This document shows positions 1 to 10,285 of a stretch of 64,000 bases of DNA, piece by piece; position 1 is the first letter of the stretch, and every line of letters starts with the position of its first letter. The position numbers were made by a program, and so were the translations under genes. Under the pieces are notes generated by a model. The model saw only the letters and a list, made by a program, of their open reading frames with translations. It was not told the origin of the DNA and did no database searches. The DNA comes from a virus, in the IMG/VR virus record IMGVR_UViG_3300044729_001198, positions 1-64,000 of that record; one strand, 5' to 3'.

Positions 1-1
1 G

Positions 2-2716
2 AGCGCCAGTAGCACCTTGAGCACCTTGAGCACCAACAGCACCTTGAGCGCCAGTAGGAGATGCTCCTTGAGCGCCGGTAGCACCTTGAGCGCCAACAGC
101 ACCTTGAGCGCCAGTAGCACCTTGTGGTGAAGCACCTTGAGCACCAGTAGAGCCAGTTGGACCTACAGCACCTTGAGCACCTTGAGGTGAAGCACCTTGA
201 GCGCCAGTAGCACCTTGAGCACCTTGAGCACCAACAGCACCTTGAGCGCCAGTAGGAGATGCTCCTTGAGCGCCAGTAGCACCTTGAGCGCCAACAGCAC
301 CTTGAGCGCCAGTAGCACCTTGTGGTGAAGCACCTTGAGCACCAGTAGAGCCAGTTGGACCTACAGCGCCTTGAGCACCTTGAGGTGAAGCACCTTGAGC
401 ACCAACTGCGCCTTGAGCGCCAGTAGCACCGGTAGCTCCTTGAGCCCCTTGAGGTGAAGCCCCTTGAGCGCCAGTAGCACCTTGAGCACCCGTTGGTCCT
501 GTCGCACCTTGTGAACCTTGAGGACCTGTAGAAGTCGAACCTTGTAAACCTTGGGCACCAGTAGCACCTTGTGACCCCTGAGCTCCTTGGGGTGAAGCAC
601 CTTGAGCGCCGGTAGCACCTTGAGCACCAGTTGGGCCAGTTGGTCCGGTAGGACCTTGAGCTCCGGTAGGACCTACTCCTCCTTGAGCGCCTGTAGAGCC
701 AGTAGCACCTTGAGCTCCTTGGGGTGACGACCCCTGAGCACCCGTAGCACCTTGAGCACCTTGAGCACCCGTAGCACCTTGTGGTGAAGCACCTTGAGCG
801 CCGGTAGCACCTTGAGCACCGGTAGCACCTTGAGCACCTTGAGCACCTTGAGGTGAAGAACCTTGAGCGCCAGTAGCACCTTGGGCTCCGGTAGCACCTT
901 GGGCTCCGATTGTACCCTGTGGTCCTTGAGCTCCACTAGCACCTTGAGCACCTTGAGCGCCGGTAGCACCTTGCGGTGAAGCACCTTGAGCACCAACAGC
1001 ACCTTGAGCTCCAGTTGGACCAGTTGGTCCGGTAGGACCTTGAGCACCCGTTGGGCCGGTAGCACCTTGAGCACCCGTTGGGCCGGTAGCACCTTGAGCA
1101 CCTTGAGGTGAAGCACCTTGAGCCCCAGTAGCACCTTGAGCACCTGTTGGACCTACAGCACCTTGAGCACCTTGAGGTGAAGCACCTTGAGCGCCAGTTG
1201 CACCAGTAGCACCTTGAGCGCCAGTAGCACCTTGTGGTGAAGCTCCTTGAGCACCAGTAGCACCTTGAGCGCCCGTTGGGCCGGTTGGGCCAGTTCCACC
1301 AGTATTTCCTTTATCACCTTGAACTCCTTGAGGGCCGGTAGCACCCTGAGCTCCTTGAACACCTTGTGGGCCAGTAGTACCTTGAGCACCCGTTGGACCA
1401 GTAGCACCTTGAGGGCCGGTCGGTCCCGTTGGACCGGTAGCACCTTGAGCGCCTTGAGATCCCGTAGCACCTTGAGCTCCCGTAGAACCCGTAGCACCTT
1501 GAGCTCCAGTAGAACCCGTAGCACCTTGAGGACCGGTAGCACCTTGAGCTCCAGTAGAACCAGTAGCACCTTGAGGGCCAGTAGCACCTTGAGCGCCTTG
1601 AACACCTTGTGGGCCGGTTGGGCCAACAGAACCTTGAGCACCAGTAGCTCCTTGTGGACCGGTAGCTCCTTGTGGACCTGTACCACCTTGTGCGCCGGTA
1701 GCCCCCTGAGCACCAGTTGGACCAGTACCACCCTGTGCGCCAGTAGCACCTTGAGCACCTTGAACACCTTGTGGGCCGGTTGGGCCAACAGAACCTTGAG
1801 CACCAGTAGCACCTTGAGGGCCGGTTGAGCCGGTTGGACCAGTACCACCTTGAGCACCAGTAGCGCCCGTTGGACCAGTACCACCTTGAGCTCCGACAGC
1901 CCCTTGAGCTCCAGTAGCACCTTGTGGGCCGGTTGAGCCGGTTGGACCAGTTGGACCAGTACCGCCCGTAGCACCTTGAGCGCCGGTAGCTCCTTGTGGG
2001 CCGGTTGGGCCGGTTGGGCCAGTTGGTCCAACAGCGCCTTGTGGGCCGGTGGAACCAGTAGCCCCGGTATTGCCTGTAGGACCAGTTGGTCCTTTAGCTC
2101 CTTGAGGACCGGTTGGTCCTAAATTTCCTTTTGAACCTTGAGGGCCCGTTGGACCAGTAGCTCCTTGAGGACCAGTTGGTCCGGTAGCACCCTGAGCTCC
2201 TTGTGGGCCGGGACCACCAGTTACCCCTTGAGGACCTTTAGCACCCGTTGGGCCGGTAGCACCTTGAGCGCCCGTTGGACCAGTACCACCTTGAGGACCA
2301 GCGGGTCCCTGAGCTCCTTGGTTTCCTTGAATACCTTGGGGACCGGTAGCACCAGCAGGTCCTTGTGGACCAGTAGCACCTTGAGCACCCGTTGCGCCCG
2401 TATTACCCTTATCACCGACAGTTCCTTGTGGGCCAGTACCACCTGTAGCACCTTGAGCTCCTTGTGCGCCCGTAGCACCAGCGGTACCCGTAGCACCTTG
2501 AGCTCCTTGAGCTCCAGTAGAACCTGCGGGTCCGGCAGAACCTTGAGCTCCTGTGGCTCCCGTTGGTCCAGTCGGTCCTACACCACCTTGAGCGCCGGTA
2601 GCTCCTTGTGGGCCGGTTGGGCCGGTTGGACCTGCGGGACCTGCGGGGCCGGTAGGACCAGTACCACCAGTATCACCCTTTTGACCTTGTGGGCCGGTTG
2701 GACCGGTTGGGCCGGT
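2..2716 (-). repeat. Collagen-coding tandem 9-bp-based repeats (GGT GCT CAA etc.) with a near-exact 198-bp duplication at the left end
   Basis: Continuous agcaccttg-type units; the sequence at position 1 recurs at 199; GC far above the flanks. Confidence 0.95.
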
Positions 2717-3136
2717 ATTGTGTACAAGTAAACTACCTACAAAATAATTGTGGTCTGGCTCAACAGTAATTGATATAGTTTGTATAGTCTCATTAACTAC
2801 TTCTAAATTTGTAATAGTTAATGGGGTTGAATCTTTACTAAATAAATTTAGCGAAGAATAATTTTCTTCAGTTGGAGTCACCCAAGTTCCAGCAGTTGTA
2901 TATACTGAAAGGTCTGATGATGCTTTAACTATCTGACCATTGGAAAGAGTAACTTTAATGTATGTGGTTAATTCTACATCACGAACTTCCGTAACTTCAG
3001 ACGTTGATTGTTGTGATGTTTGTGTATTGTATGAATCAACAAAACTACCAGATTGTATATGGTAAAAGAATGGACATGAATTACCATTGATAACCACACC
3101 TTCTATCGAATTATGTAAACTATGTATAGCGCTCAT
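2..3136 (-). CDS. N-terminal Hint (intein-like) domain + very long collagen-like G-X-Y fibre protein; 3' end runs off the window
   Basis: Not in the ORF track (no stop in window). ATG at 3136 gives [13 protein letters not shown]...[20 protein letters not shown]|[14 protein letters not shown], then about 905 aa of GAQ/GAT/GPT triplets. Frame checked at 2-10, 1322-1330 and 2702-2728. Confidence 0.9.
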   Translation of the reverse strand, partial: MSAIHSLHNSIEGVVINGNSCPFFYHIQSGSFVDSYNTQTSQQSTSEVTEVRDVELTTYIKVTLSNGQIVKASSDLSVYTTAGTWVTPTEENYSSLNLFSKDSTPLTITNLEVVNETIQTISITVEPDHNYFVGSLLVHNTGPTGPTGPQGQKGDTGGTGPTGPAGPAGPTGPTGPQGATGAQGGVGPTGPTGATGAQGSAGPAGSTGAQGAQGATGTAGATGAQGAQGATGGTGPQGTVGDKGNTGATGAQGATGPQGPAGATGPQGIQGNQGAQGPAGPQGGTGPTGAQGATGPTGAKGPQGVTGGPGPQGAQGATGPTGPQGATGPTGPQGSKGNLGPTGPQGAKGPTGPTGNTGATGSTGPQGAVGPTGPTGPTGPQGATGAQGATGGTGPTGPTGSTGPQGATGAQGAVGAQGGTGPTGATGAQGGTGPTGSTGPQGATGAQGSVGPTGPQGVQGAQGATGAQGGTGPTGAQGATGAQGGTGPQGATGPQGATGAQGSVGPTGPQGVQGAQGATGPQGATGSTGAQGATGPQGATGSTGAQGATGSTGAQGATGSQGAQGATGPTGPTGPQGATGPTGAQGTTGPQGVQGAQGATGPQGVQGDKGNTGGTGPTGPTGAQGATGAQGASPQGATGAQGATGATGAQGASPQGAQGAVGPTGAQGATGAQGASPQGAQGATGPTGAQGATGPTGAQGPTGPTGPTGAQGAVGAQGASPQGATGAQGAQGASGAQGPQGTIGAQGATGAQGATGAQGSSPQGAQGAQGATGAQGATGAQGASPQGATGAQGAQGATGAQGSSPQGAQGATGSTGAQGGVGPTGAQGPTGPTGPTGAQGATGAQGASPQGAQGSQGATGAQGLQGSTSTGPQGSQGATGPTGAQGATGAQGASPQGAQGATGATGAQGAVGAQGASPQGAQGAVGPTGSTGAQGASPQGATGAQGAVGAQGATGAQGASPTGAQGAVGAQGAQGATGAQGASPQGAQGAVGPTGSTGAQGASPQGATGAQGAVGAQGATGAQGASPTGAQGAVGAQGAQGATGA

Positions 3137-3144
3137 TTTATACC

Positions 3145-3828
3145 TTATGTAAATGGTTGAATCTTGTATGTTATCATCAACGTATATAAGTCACAAGTAT
3201 TTGTGTTTTTATTCAATTCAAATTCAATTTTATCACCACGTTGAAATGAATATCCAGACCCAAATGCAAAATCATAAACAGCATATTGTGTACTTGCTAA
3301 TGCGTTAGTAACAGGAGTGCCAACAGTCGCAGCATTTACATATGGTTGAATTGTATAATTAGCGGTTGTGGTATTTGTTTGACCAACCATCAATTGAATT
3401 GTATGGACGAATCCAGCATAAGGAGCTATCCAAGTTCCATATGGTGATTGTGCGGGTTGTAAATCTGATATGATTGCCAATGGTGAAAACCCATCAGGTT
3501 GACCTCTGTGTTCTACAGGTATCAACGTGGTTACAATGTCATATCCTTGTAATAATTCATTATTTACAACACGAGTTTGCACTACACCACCCGAACCGGA
3601 TACAAATATCCGTGTTGATGTTGTGCTTGTAGCAGCAGATGTTAATATTAAACCAGTAAACGTAGGAGCATCGCTCGTCTGAAGTCCTAAATCAATATTA
3701 GAACCATTTACCGTTAAATTACCCTGTGAGGGTGATGATATAGCGGAAGCGGATACAAATCCGGTCCCACCGAAATTAAGTTGACTGGCACTTGAGCCAG
3801 ATACTATGACTTTTTTCCAATTTGGCAT
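3145..3828 (-). CDS. Virion fibre/structural protein ([13 protein letters not shown]-terminal module)
   Basis: 227 aa, Ser/Thr/Gly-rich; N-terminus and SASA..SPSQG.LTVNG.NIDLG segment shared with 4319..5845; SD AAGGA. Confidence 0.7.
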   Translation of the reverse strand: MPNWKKVIVSGSSASQLNFGGTGFVSASAISSPSQGNLTVNGSNIDLGLQTSDAPTFTGLILTSAATSTTSTRIFVSGSGGVVQTRVVNNELLQGYDIVTTLIPVEHRGQPDGFSPLAIISDLQPAQSPYGTWIAPYAGFVHTIQLMVGQTNTTTANYTIQPYVNAATVGTPVTNALASTQYAVYDFAFGSGYSFQRGDKIEFELNKNTNTCDLYTLMITYKIQPFT

Positions 3829-3848
3829 ATTCCATTTCCTTTACTGCG

Positions 3849-3888
3849 GTTGGTAACACTTTCGTGCCCACTTCCCTTTCGGGCCAAC
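3849..3888 (-). ncRNA. Candidate 40-nt three-way-junction RNA element in a 5' leader
   Basis: GTTGG-CCC GAAA GGG-AAGTGG-GCAC GAAA GTGT-TA-CCAAC: closing stem plus two GAAA-tetraloop hairpins; GC-rich island in AT-rich spacer. Confidence 0.55.
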
Positions 3889-3918
3889 ATTAAAAGTAGT
3901 TTTTTCTATTATACTACA

Positions 3919-3925
3919 ATAAATA
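3919..3925 (-). promoter_or_regulatory. Putative late promoter motif TATTTAT
   Basis: Recurrent motif upstream of structural genes; lies between a terminator and the structured leader. Confidence 0.6.
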
Positions 3926-3935
3926 GAGTTTTATA

Positions 3936-3967
3936 AAATAAAAAATCCCCCTATGATGGAGGATTTT
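3936..3967 (-). terminator. Probable intrinsic terminator
   Basis: AAAATCC..GGATTTT stem followed by a T-run on the minus strand. Confidence 0.55.
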
Positions 3968-4127
3968 CTTTGGAATCATGTTTCACTTGTAATAGTGCAA
4001 TTTCTTTTTCTATTTTATTAAGAAGTGTTGCGATTGTGACCGCTTCAACCCCTTTAATATCTAATTTATGAATAGCAAATTTTATAATAGCAAAATCAGC
4101 TTCAGTAAATCCTTCGTATGGTTTCAT
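3951..4127 (-). CDS. Small hypothetical protein, 58 aa (possible fibre chaperone)
   Basis: Manual translation MKPYEGFTEADFAIIKFAIHKLDIKGVEAVTIATLLNKIEKEIALLQVKHDSKENPPS*; not in track. Confidence 0.7.
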   Translation of the reverse strand: MKPYEGFTEADFAIIKFAIHKLDIKGVEAVTIATLLNKIEKEIALLQVKHDSKENPPS

Positions 4128-4130
4128 AAC

Positions 4131-4301
4131 TTATTTTAATTTTAAAATGTTTTCTTGTAATTTAACAGCGAGTTTATAAACAAACTCGATGTCTTTTCCT
4201 TTGAATGGAACTTCACCCAAACCTATTAGAAGCGCCTCAAGCTCTCGTTTTGAGAGCTTGAGGGTTGCTTCCGTAGGAATATTGTTTTTATTTTCTGCCA
4301 T
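4131..4301 (-). CDS. Small hypothetical protein, 56 aa, resembling 3951..4127
   Basis: Manual translation MAENKNNIPTEATLKLSKRELEALLIGLGEVPFKGKDIEFVYKLAVKLQENILKLK*; not in track. Confidence 0.7.
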   Translation of the reverse strand: MAENKNNIPTEATLKLSKRELEALLIGLGEVPFKGKDIEFVYKLAVKLQENILKLK

Positions 4302-4318
4302 AACCCTTTCAAGTTAGA

Positions 4319-5845
4319 TTATGAGTAGATAAAAATATCTCCATCAGCAGAAATTGCGATGTTACCTTCGTCATCATAACCAGCAGCTGTAGCCGCTGTA
4401 GATGCAGCAAATCCATTGGCAACCGACACATAGGCGGTAGTCATGAATGCGTCAGCAGTTACACTTGTAGCAGTAGAAGCTACACCATTAGCAACAGCCC
4501 AACGTTGGTCAAGGAAATCATAGTAGAATGCAGTACCTATACCAGCAGAACCTGATTCAACAATAATACCACCTTCGCCTGCTGGTACTACTGAACCAGA
4601 ACCAGCGTTCAAGAAGACAAATCTATCTTCAACAACAAGGTTAGATGTATTGATTGTAGTAGTTGTACCATTTACAGTCAAATCGCCAGTGATGGTCAAT
4701 GCAGCAAATGTTGGTGAATCGCCAGTCTGAACACCCAAGTCGATGTTAGTACCATTTACAGTCAAAGTACCTTGAGATGGTGATGTAACAGCCGAAGCGG
4801 AAACTACACCAGTACCATTCAAGATTGTAGCAGCAGTAATAGAACCACCCAATGATGTGGAAGTTCCAGCAATTGTAATAGCAGAGTTAGCCAATTTAGC
4901 ATTAGCTATCGTACCATTTACAATGTGTCCGTTTTGAATTGATGAAGAAGCAATTTTGACATCAGTTACGTTAGCATCAGCAATTTTAGCAGTAACCACA
5001 GCACCAGCAGCAATCTTACCACTTGTAACAGCATCGTTGTCGATTTTAGCGGTAGTTACACCAAGGTTTGCTAATTGACCACTATCAATAGAACCTGAAA
5101 TCACAACAGCACTAAGCGTACCCGCTGTATTTGTTAAATCGATAGTAGCACTATCAGTTACACCTGTAATAGCACCAGAACCTGATAAGATACCAGAACC
5201 TGCGAAACTAATCTTTGTGTATTCAATAGCAGCAGCAGCGGCTACAGCAGCGTTAACAATCTGACCTGCACCAATTTTAGCACTTGTAATAGCATTGTTA
5301 GCAATAGTAGCAACACCAGGCGCAGTAATTGTGATATCACCACTTACGTTTGTTAAGTTAGCGTAAGATGCTGAAGTAGCGGTTGAAGCGTTACCTGTTA
5401 AAGCACCAACAAATGTAGTAGATGTTACTGAAGATAAACCAGAAATTGTAGTAGCAGATGAACCTAATGAAACTGCGGTAGAACCAATAGTTACTGATGA
5501 GTTAGCCAATTTCGCGTTAGTTACGTTACCATCAATGATGTTTGCACTTGCAACTGAACCAGTAGCCAAAGCGGCTGTGATTACAGCACCAGCAGCAATT
5601 TTACTACTAACTACAGCATTATCAGCAATTTTACTAGCTATTACAGCACCAGCAGCCAACTGACCTTGGTCAATAGAACCTGAAGCTACCACACCACTAA
5701 TAGAACCTGCGGATAATGTTAAATCAATTGTTGCTGTATCGGTTACGGCGGTGACTGCGCCAGATCCAGACAAAATACCAGTACCAGCGAAACTCAATTG
5801 AGATACGGCTGAGCCCGATACTATCACTTTTTTCCATGTTGCCAT
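4319..5845 (-). CDS. Tail-fibre-like protein with repeated AV(T/V)xxKIA motifs
   Basis: 508 aa; [12 protein letters not shown]; repeats such as NAVVSSKIAAGAV and DAVTSGKIAAGAVVTAKIAD; SD AGGAG. Confidence 0.75.
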   Translation of the reverse strand: MATWKKVIVSGSAVSQLSFAGTGILSGSGAVTAVTDTATIDLTLSAGSISGVVASGSIDQGQLAAGAVIASKIADNAVVSSKIAAGAVITAALATGSVASANIIDGNVTNAKLANSSVTIGSTAVSLGSSATTISGLSSVTSTTFVGALTGNASTATSASYANLTNVSGDITITAPGVATIANNAITSAKIGAGQIVNAAVAAAAAIEYTKISFAGSGILSGSGAITGVTDSATIDLTNTAGTLSAVVISGSIDSGQLANLGVTTAKIDNDAVTSGKIAAGAVVTAKIADANVTDVKIASSSIQNGHIVNGTIANAKLANSAITIAGTSTSLGGSITAATILNGTGVVSASAVTSPSQGTLTVNGTNIDLGVQTGDSPTFAALTITGDLTVNGTTTTINTSNLVVEDRFVFLNAGSGSVVPAGEGGIIVESGSAGIGTAFYYDFLDQRWAVANGVASTATSVTADAFMTTAYVSVANGFAASTAATAAGYDDEGNIAISADGDIFIYS

Positions 5846-5909
5846 TTAATTTCTCCTATTTTAATGCATTAAAAATTTAACATAGTGTTTTTGTATACAT
5901 GAATAAATA

Positions 5910-6557
5910 TTATAATCCAAAGTAAAACGAAGAACCGGAATAAATAATTCCACCTTCAATTGCTTCTAAATTCAAATTTGAACTATCACCAATAATTGTT
6001 CTACCAACGGAATCAACTTTCAATCCTTCAAATGAACCACTTGATACTGATAGTGAACCTGTAATTTGAACATTATTTGTTGTTGAGTAAAAAGAACCCG
6101 TTAATGAAAATATTCCACCAATTCCACCAAGTGTATCAAATCTAGATGCAATTGATGCTGATAATGACGTGAAAGCCCCACTAATATCAGTTTTTAGTGC
6201 GTATGAACTTGTAACTGAATTTAAACCATTTACTTGACTTTGAATTGAACCTGTAAATGTGTTAAGTGCTGAAATATCAGTTCCACCTGAAGATGGGAAT
6301 TGGAATGTAGCAAATGAAGCTGAATCATCAAATCCAGCATAACCTGGAGTTTCAAATGCTACAAATTTTGAAGTAACATAAAGTTGGTTTTGACTTTGTA
6401 CATATACAATTTGACCATCCTTTAACCGGTCGTGGTATAAGGAGTACATAGTCGAGGATGACGCAACCGTAATCCAACCGCCTTGTACATAAGTAATGTC
6501 GGTAAATGAGCCGGAAGCCCCACTCCTAACGTAAATATCACCTGCTGTAGTTGCCAT
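5910..6557 (-). CDS. Putative virion structural protein
   Basis: 215 aa, SGS/TGS-rich, within the fibre cluster; SD TAAGGAG. Confidence 0.6.
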   Translation of the reverse strand: MATTAGDIYVRSGASGSFTDITYVQGGWITVASSSTMYSLYHDRLKDGQIVYVQSQNQLYVTSKFVAFETPGYAGFDDSASFATFQFPSSGGTDISALNTFTGSIQSQVNGLNSVTSSYALKTDISGAFTSLSASIASRFDTLGGIGGIFSLTGSFYSTTNNVQITGSLSVSSGSFEGLKVDSVGRTIIGDSSNLNLEAIEGGIIYSGSSFYFGL

Positions 6558-6571
6558 TCTATCTAATCTCC

Positions 6572-9500
6572 TTATGGTGCGGATGCCGTATCCGGCATCA
6601 AATAATATCTTGAGTTGTTAGTATTTTTACCTTCAGCAAAAATCATACCCCAACGGGTATATCCTTGATATGCTGATTGTAAATCGAAGTAATACACACC
6701 GGTCCCAATCGTACCTGGAATAGCAGCGTCTTTAGCATATGTGTAATATTCATTAGCAGTTCCAATAGAATCGGGCGGAACGCCATCATACATACTTGCG
6801 GGTTTACCTCCTAAATTAGAAGCGGATGGGAAAATTATTAACAATCGTTGTGATGTGGAACTAAAATTAAAATACCCAAGTGTGGATATTCCTGTAGCTG
6901 ATGTATCTGACATAGTTGATAGCGAACTACTCTTATGTAAAGTACAAGCACCACCAATATAAGATGGTGTAAACGTACTACCTAATGACCCACTTTGTAA
7001 CATAGCTATTACCGACCCACTTGTAATTCCAATACCATCAGCATCAGTATCACCTAAAGATGCGATAGCCGTGGATTGGTTAGCAGCAGAACCACCACTC
7101 CAACCATATCCATATACAAGGCCTATTTGGTCTGATATAGTTATTGTATTTGAAGAATATGTTCTTGACTTACCATGCACATCCGTAATTGTAGCATCGT
7201 ATGTCAATGTTTGACCACTTGAAATTGTTGATACATTTTTTATAACATATGATGATGAATTTGCGTTTTGTGGAACTGCGTATAAGTCAGACCCATTTGT
7301 ACCACCAAGTGACATTAAGAATGGAGTATCAGTTTCCATGTCAGTTATACTTGCACTTACTAATCCGGTATTGGCCGATATAGATGCCGTTAGGTTAGTA
7401 GTAATTGGGGTGAATGATGCCGTTGGTACACTATTAGAAGCCACATTTATTGTTATACTACCACTACCAATGTTATTGTATTGGTCACGGAATGTTATAT
7501 TTGATGTAAATGTTTGACCTGATGTGTAAGAGCCACTAACATTTTGTGCTATTGATATAGCGCCAGTTGAGGTAACACCTACAAGAGCATTCGATGATGT
7601 AAATGATTGAACCGCAGCCAAATTGTATTGTGGTGAGTATGTAACTCCCAAATCACCTTGAGTACCACTTCTACCATTTGTACTTGTGTAAATCAAAGCA
7701 CCACTTCTTGCAGTTTCTATAACGTAGAACGTACCATTTGTTGTTAAAGTACCAACAGGAGCTTGAGCGATGGTTATTGAGAATGGGAATGAAGCAGAAC
7801 CACTTCCCACTTTACCAAAACTATCAGCAACGCTTCCACTAAATGTATAAGTTCCAGCGGGTACATTTGTATTAGCATAAATGTAATAGTTGTCACCACT
7901 TTGAAGATGACTAAATCCAGCTGAAGAAGATACTAATTGGAAACTTGAATGATTTATAGTATCACCAATACCAGGTTGTGGTTCTCCAAATGAAACAATG
8001 GCTAGATTTTGAGGTGACCTAGCCCCATTTGTATTTAAATAACTCGAATACGCAACCGTATTAGAAGCAATGATGGGTGCTAAATTTGGAGTAACTCTTA
8101 ATGTGTGAGTTCTATATTGTTTTGTGGTTTCAAACGAAGTTTCTGAAGCCGTTACTTGTACTTGAATTGTAGAGCCAGACGTGTATATAGAACCACTTAT
8201 ATGACTTGCTAGTTCAAGAGCAAGTGATGTAGAGCCGGTATATTGTGTAGTTCCGTTTGTAAATCTAACATACCCAGCCGGTGAACTATTGACTTTCCAC
8301 ATTTGTGAAACGGCTGACGAGTATGTAATACTACCAGCAGTATATCCATCGGTGTTTGTGGTTAAATCAGCACCAGATACTGCGGATTCTACTATGTAAT
8401 ACGTTTGTGTATCAGACCCAATAGTTGAACTAGCATCAGCATCAATTGGTATGGTGATTTCTGCGGTATCGGTAGTGGTATTGTAAGCATCACTCACGGT
8501 CACTAAATAAACATATCTATCAGCTACATCAGAGTTTAAGTAAACTCCATTTTTACGAGTTACACTTCCACCGGATGTACATTGGAATGGGTCAGCGTGT
8601 GGGTCATATAAAGACGTACCACCTAAAGACGAAGTAATGTTTGTACCAACACTATTAAGATATGCGGATATTAATGTGAAGTTACTAAATACTATAGTAT
8701 CACTCTCCGAATCAGTAGCAGTTATTGAACCAACAGTCGTACCATTTGATGAGTTTTCATTTATAGCAGTTAAAGTCTGATTATTTACTACAGGAACTAC
8801 GTTATCGACTACTGAAACTCTAAATGGTAAGTATGTAATTGAATCAGAATCATCACCATCTTGATAATGTTGGTCACTTGCCGTGAGTACAAAATTGTAA
8901 TGAGTTGTGGTCTCATAATCCAATGAAGCAGTTACTTGATTCAATTGAACATATGTAGCGCCAAGCGTCAATGAGAATTCGGATGGTACTGACCCCGTTC
9001 CTATTGTGATTGTATCACTTTCAGCATCGGTAAAATATACTCTAACTTTGTTATTAGCAGCTGTAGAGTTTTCGTTTAAAGATTGTGTATATGATGTTAC
9101 AATAGAGCCCCCAGTTGAAGTTTGTCTCCAAACAGGAGCCGTATTTGGATTAACACGGATATATACAGTTTGAGAACCAACTCCAAAAAATGTATCAACG
9201 GCTTCTACCAAAAATGGATGTGAACCAGAACCCGGAGTGGTATCCGTATTCATAGATGCGGTTGATTTTGTGTTCAATGTAATTTGACCGGCCGATGATA
9301 TCTTGAATAAGTCAGCGGTGTACAAACTTGAAGTTCTAAATGTAATTGATTGTGCTTCAGCATCGGTAGCAGATACAATACCGACCACCGAACCACTAAC
9401 CTCAAATTCTTGAATAGTAAATCCAGTAGTTGTTATTACAGGAACACTATTTGGAAAGAATACTTTTTCAATAAAATTTGCAAGAGAACCACTTGTAGCG

Positions 9501-10216
9501 AAATTTGTATTATATACGCCAGCGGGTAAATTAGTATTAGATACCACACGATTACCATCAAATGTGGTTAACGGATTTGTTGATTGTGATAACGCAGTAT
9601 CAGACCCATTCGATGATGTATTGATTGTAATGGTGATAGCGTTGCCGGTATTTGTTGCAACTACACCATTTCCTACAAAATCTATACTTCTAACATTTAC
9701 CGATAGAACAGAACCTTCATCTGAAGCGGTAATTGCTAAACCAGAACCACCACCACCACCTGCAAGTGCTGATAAATCAACAGAATTACCATTTGATATA
9801 GTGAGCGCATTTGTAGATGGATTAAATGAAAGTGTTTGAGCGTCTGAACCGGTAGCGTCTACGTCATTTTCGATAGCAGACATTCGTGTAGCAATTGAGC
9901 TTGAAAATGATGATATAGTAGATACTATTGAACTTGAAACAGCGGAAGTGTTTTGAGATTGTGATACAATTCTATCTTGAATAGACGCTGAAAAATATGG
10001 GAATGTTCCCGGAGTAAGAACACTACCTTGTTTAAATTCAGTAAACGCCTTTATCTGATTAGATTGAAATGGTGTTATGTATTGACTTTGCGCGGGTTTG
10101 TTTGGTATGGCTGTAAAGTCTATTTGTGCAGACGATGAATATATACCGCTGCCAATTAGTGAACCACTAATTGACCCTTGAAACGAACCGCTAAAAGAAC
10201 CGCTGTAATCCGGCAT
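6572..10216 (-). CDS. Large virion protein with cadherin-like Ig repeats
   Basis: Cadherin motifs IQEFEVSGSVVGIVSATDAE, LDYETTTHYNFVLTASD, INENSSNGTTVGSITATDSE. Confidence 0.75.
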   Translation of the reverse strand: MPDYSGSFSGSFQGSISGSLIGSGIYSSSAQIDFTAIPNKPAQSQYITPFQSNQIKAFTEFKQGSVLTPGTFPYFSASIQDRIVSQSQNTSAVSSSIVSTISSFSSSIATRMSAIENDVDATGSDAQTLSFNPSTNALTISNGNSVDLSALAGGGGGSGLAITASDEGSVLSVNVRSIDFVGNGVVATNTGNAITITINTSSNGSDTALSQSTNPLTTFDGNRVVSNTNLPAGVYNTNFATSGSLANFIEKVFFPNSVPVITTTGFTIQEFEVSGSVVGIVSATDAEAQSITFRTSSLYTADLFKISSAGQITLNTKSTASMNTDTTPGSGSHPFLVEAVDTFFGVGSQTVYIRVNPNTAPVWRQTSTGGSIVTSYTQSLNENSTAANNKVRVYFTDAESDTITIGTGSVPSEFSLTLGATYVQLNQVTASLDYETTTHYNFVLTASDQHYQDGDDSDSITYLPFRVSVVDNVVPVVNNQTLTAINENSSNGTTVGSITATDSESDTIVFSNFTLISAYLNSVGTNITSSLGGTSLYDPHADPFQCTSGGSVTRKNGVYLNSDVADRYVYLVTVSDAYNTTTDTAEITIPIDADASSTIGSDTQTYYIVESAVSGADLTTNTDGYTAGSITYSSAVSQMWKVNSSPAGYVRFTNGTTQYTGSTSLALELASHISGSIYTSGSTIQVQVTASETSFETTKQYRTHTLRVTPNLAPIIASNTVAYSSYLNTNGARSPQNLAIVSFGEPQPGIGDTINHSSFQLVSSSAGFSHLQSGDNYYIYANTNVPAGTYTFSGSVADSFGKVGSGSASFPFSITIAQAPVGTLTTNGTFYVIETARSGALIYTSTNGRSGTQGDLGVTYSPQYNLAAVQSFTSSNALVGVTSTGAISIAQNVSGSYTSGQTFTSNITFRDQYNNIGSGSITINVASNSVPTASFTPITTNLTASISANTGLVSASITDMETDTPFLMSLGGTNGSDLYAVPQNANSSSYVIKNVSTISSGQTLTYDATITDVHGKSRTYSSNTITISDQIGLVYGYGWSGGSAANQSTAIASLGDTDADGIGITSGSVIAMLQSGSLGSTFTPSYIGGACTLHKSSSLSTMSDTSATGISTLGYFNFSSTSQRLLIIFPSASNLGGKPASMYDGVPPDSIGTANEYYTYAKDAAIPGTIGTGVYYFDLQSAYQGYTRWGMIFAEGKNTNNSRYYLMPDTASAP

Positions 10217-10285
10217 TATGTTTTCCTCATATAATTTTCTATTACTATCCTTAATAAATAGTAAGATTTATACGGAACTTGTTTC

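Noticed and set aside
1-2716. Dense direct repeats as a CRISPR array or satellite
   Set aside because: Units are multiples of 3, coding, and have no unique spacers; no cas genes.
361-2731. Track ORFs 361..627, 673..1143, 1153..2031, 1247..1828, 2138..2731 and 2221..2496
   Set aside because: Shadow frames of the collagen repeat (LKVL and STLS patterns); the Gly-X-Y frame is the real one.
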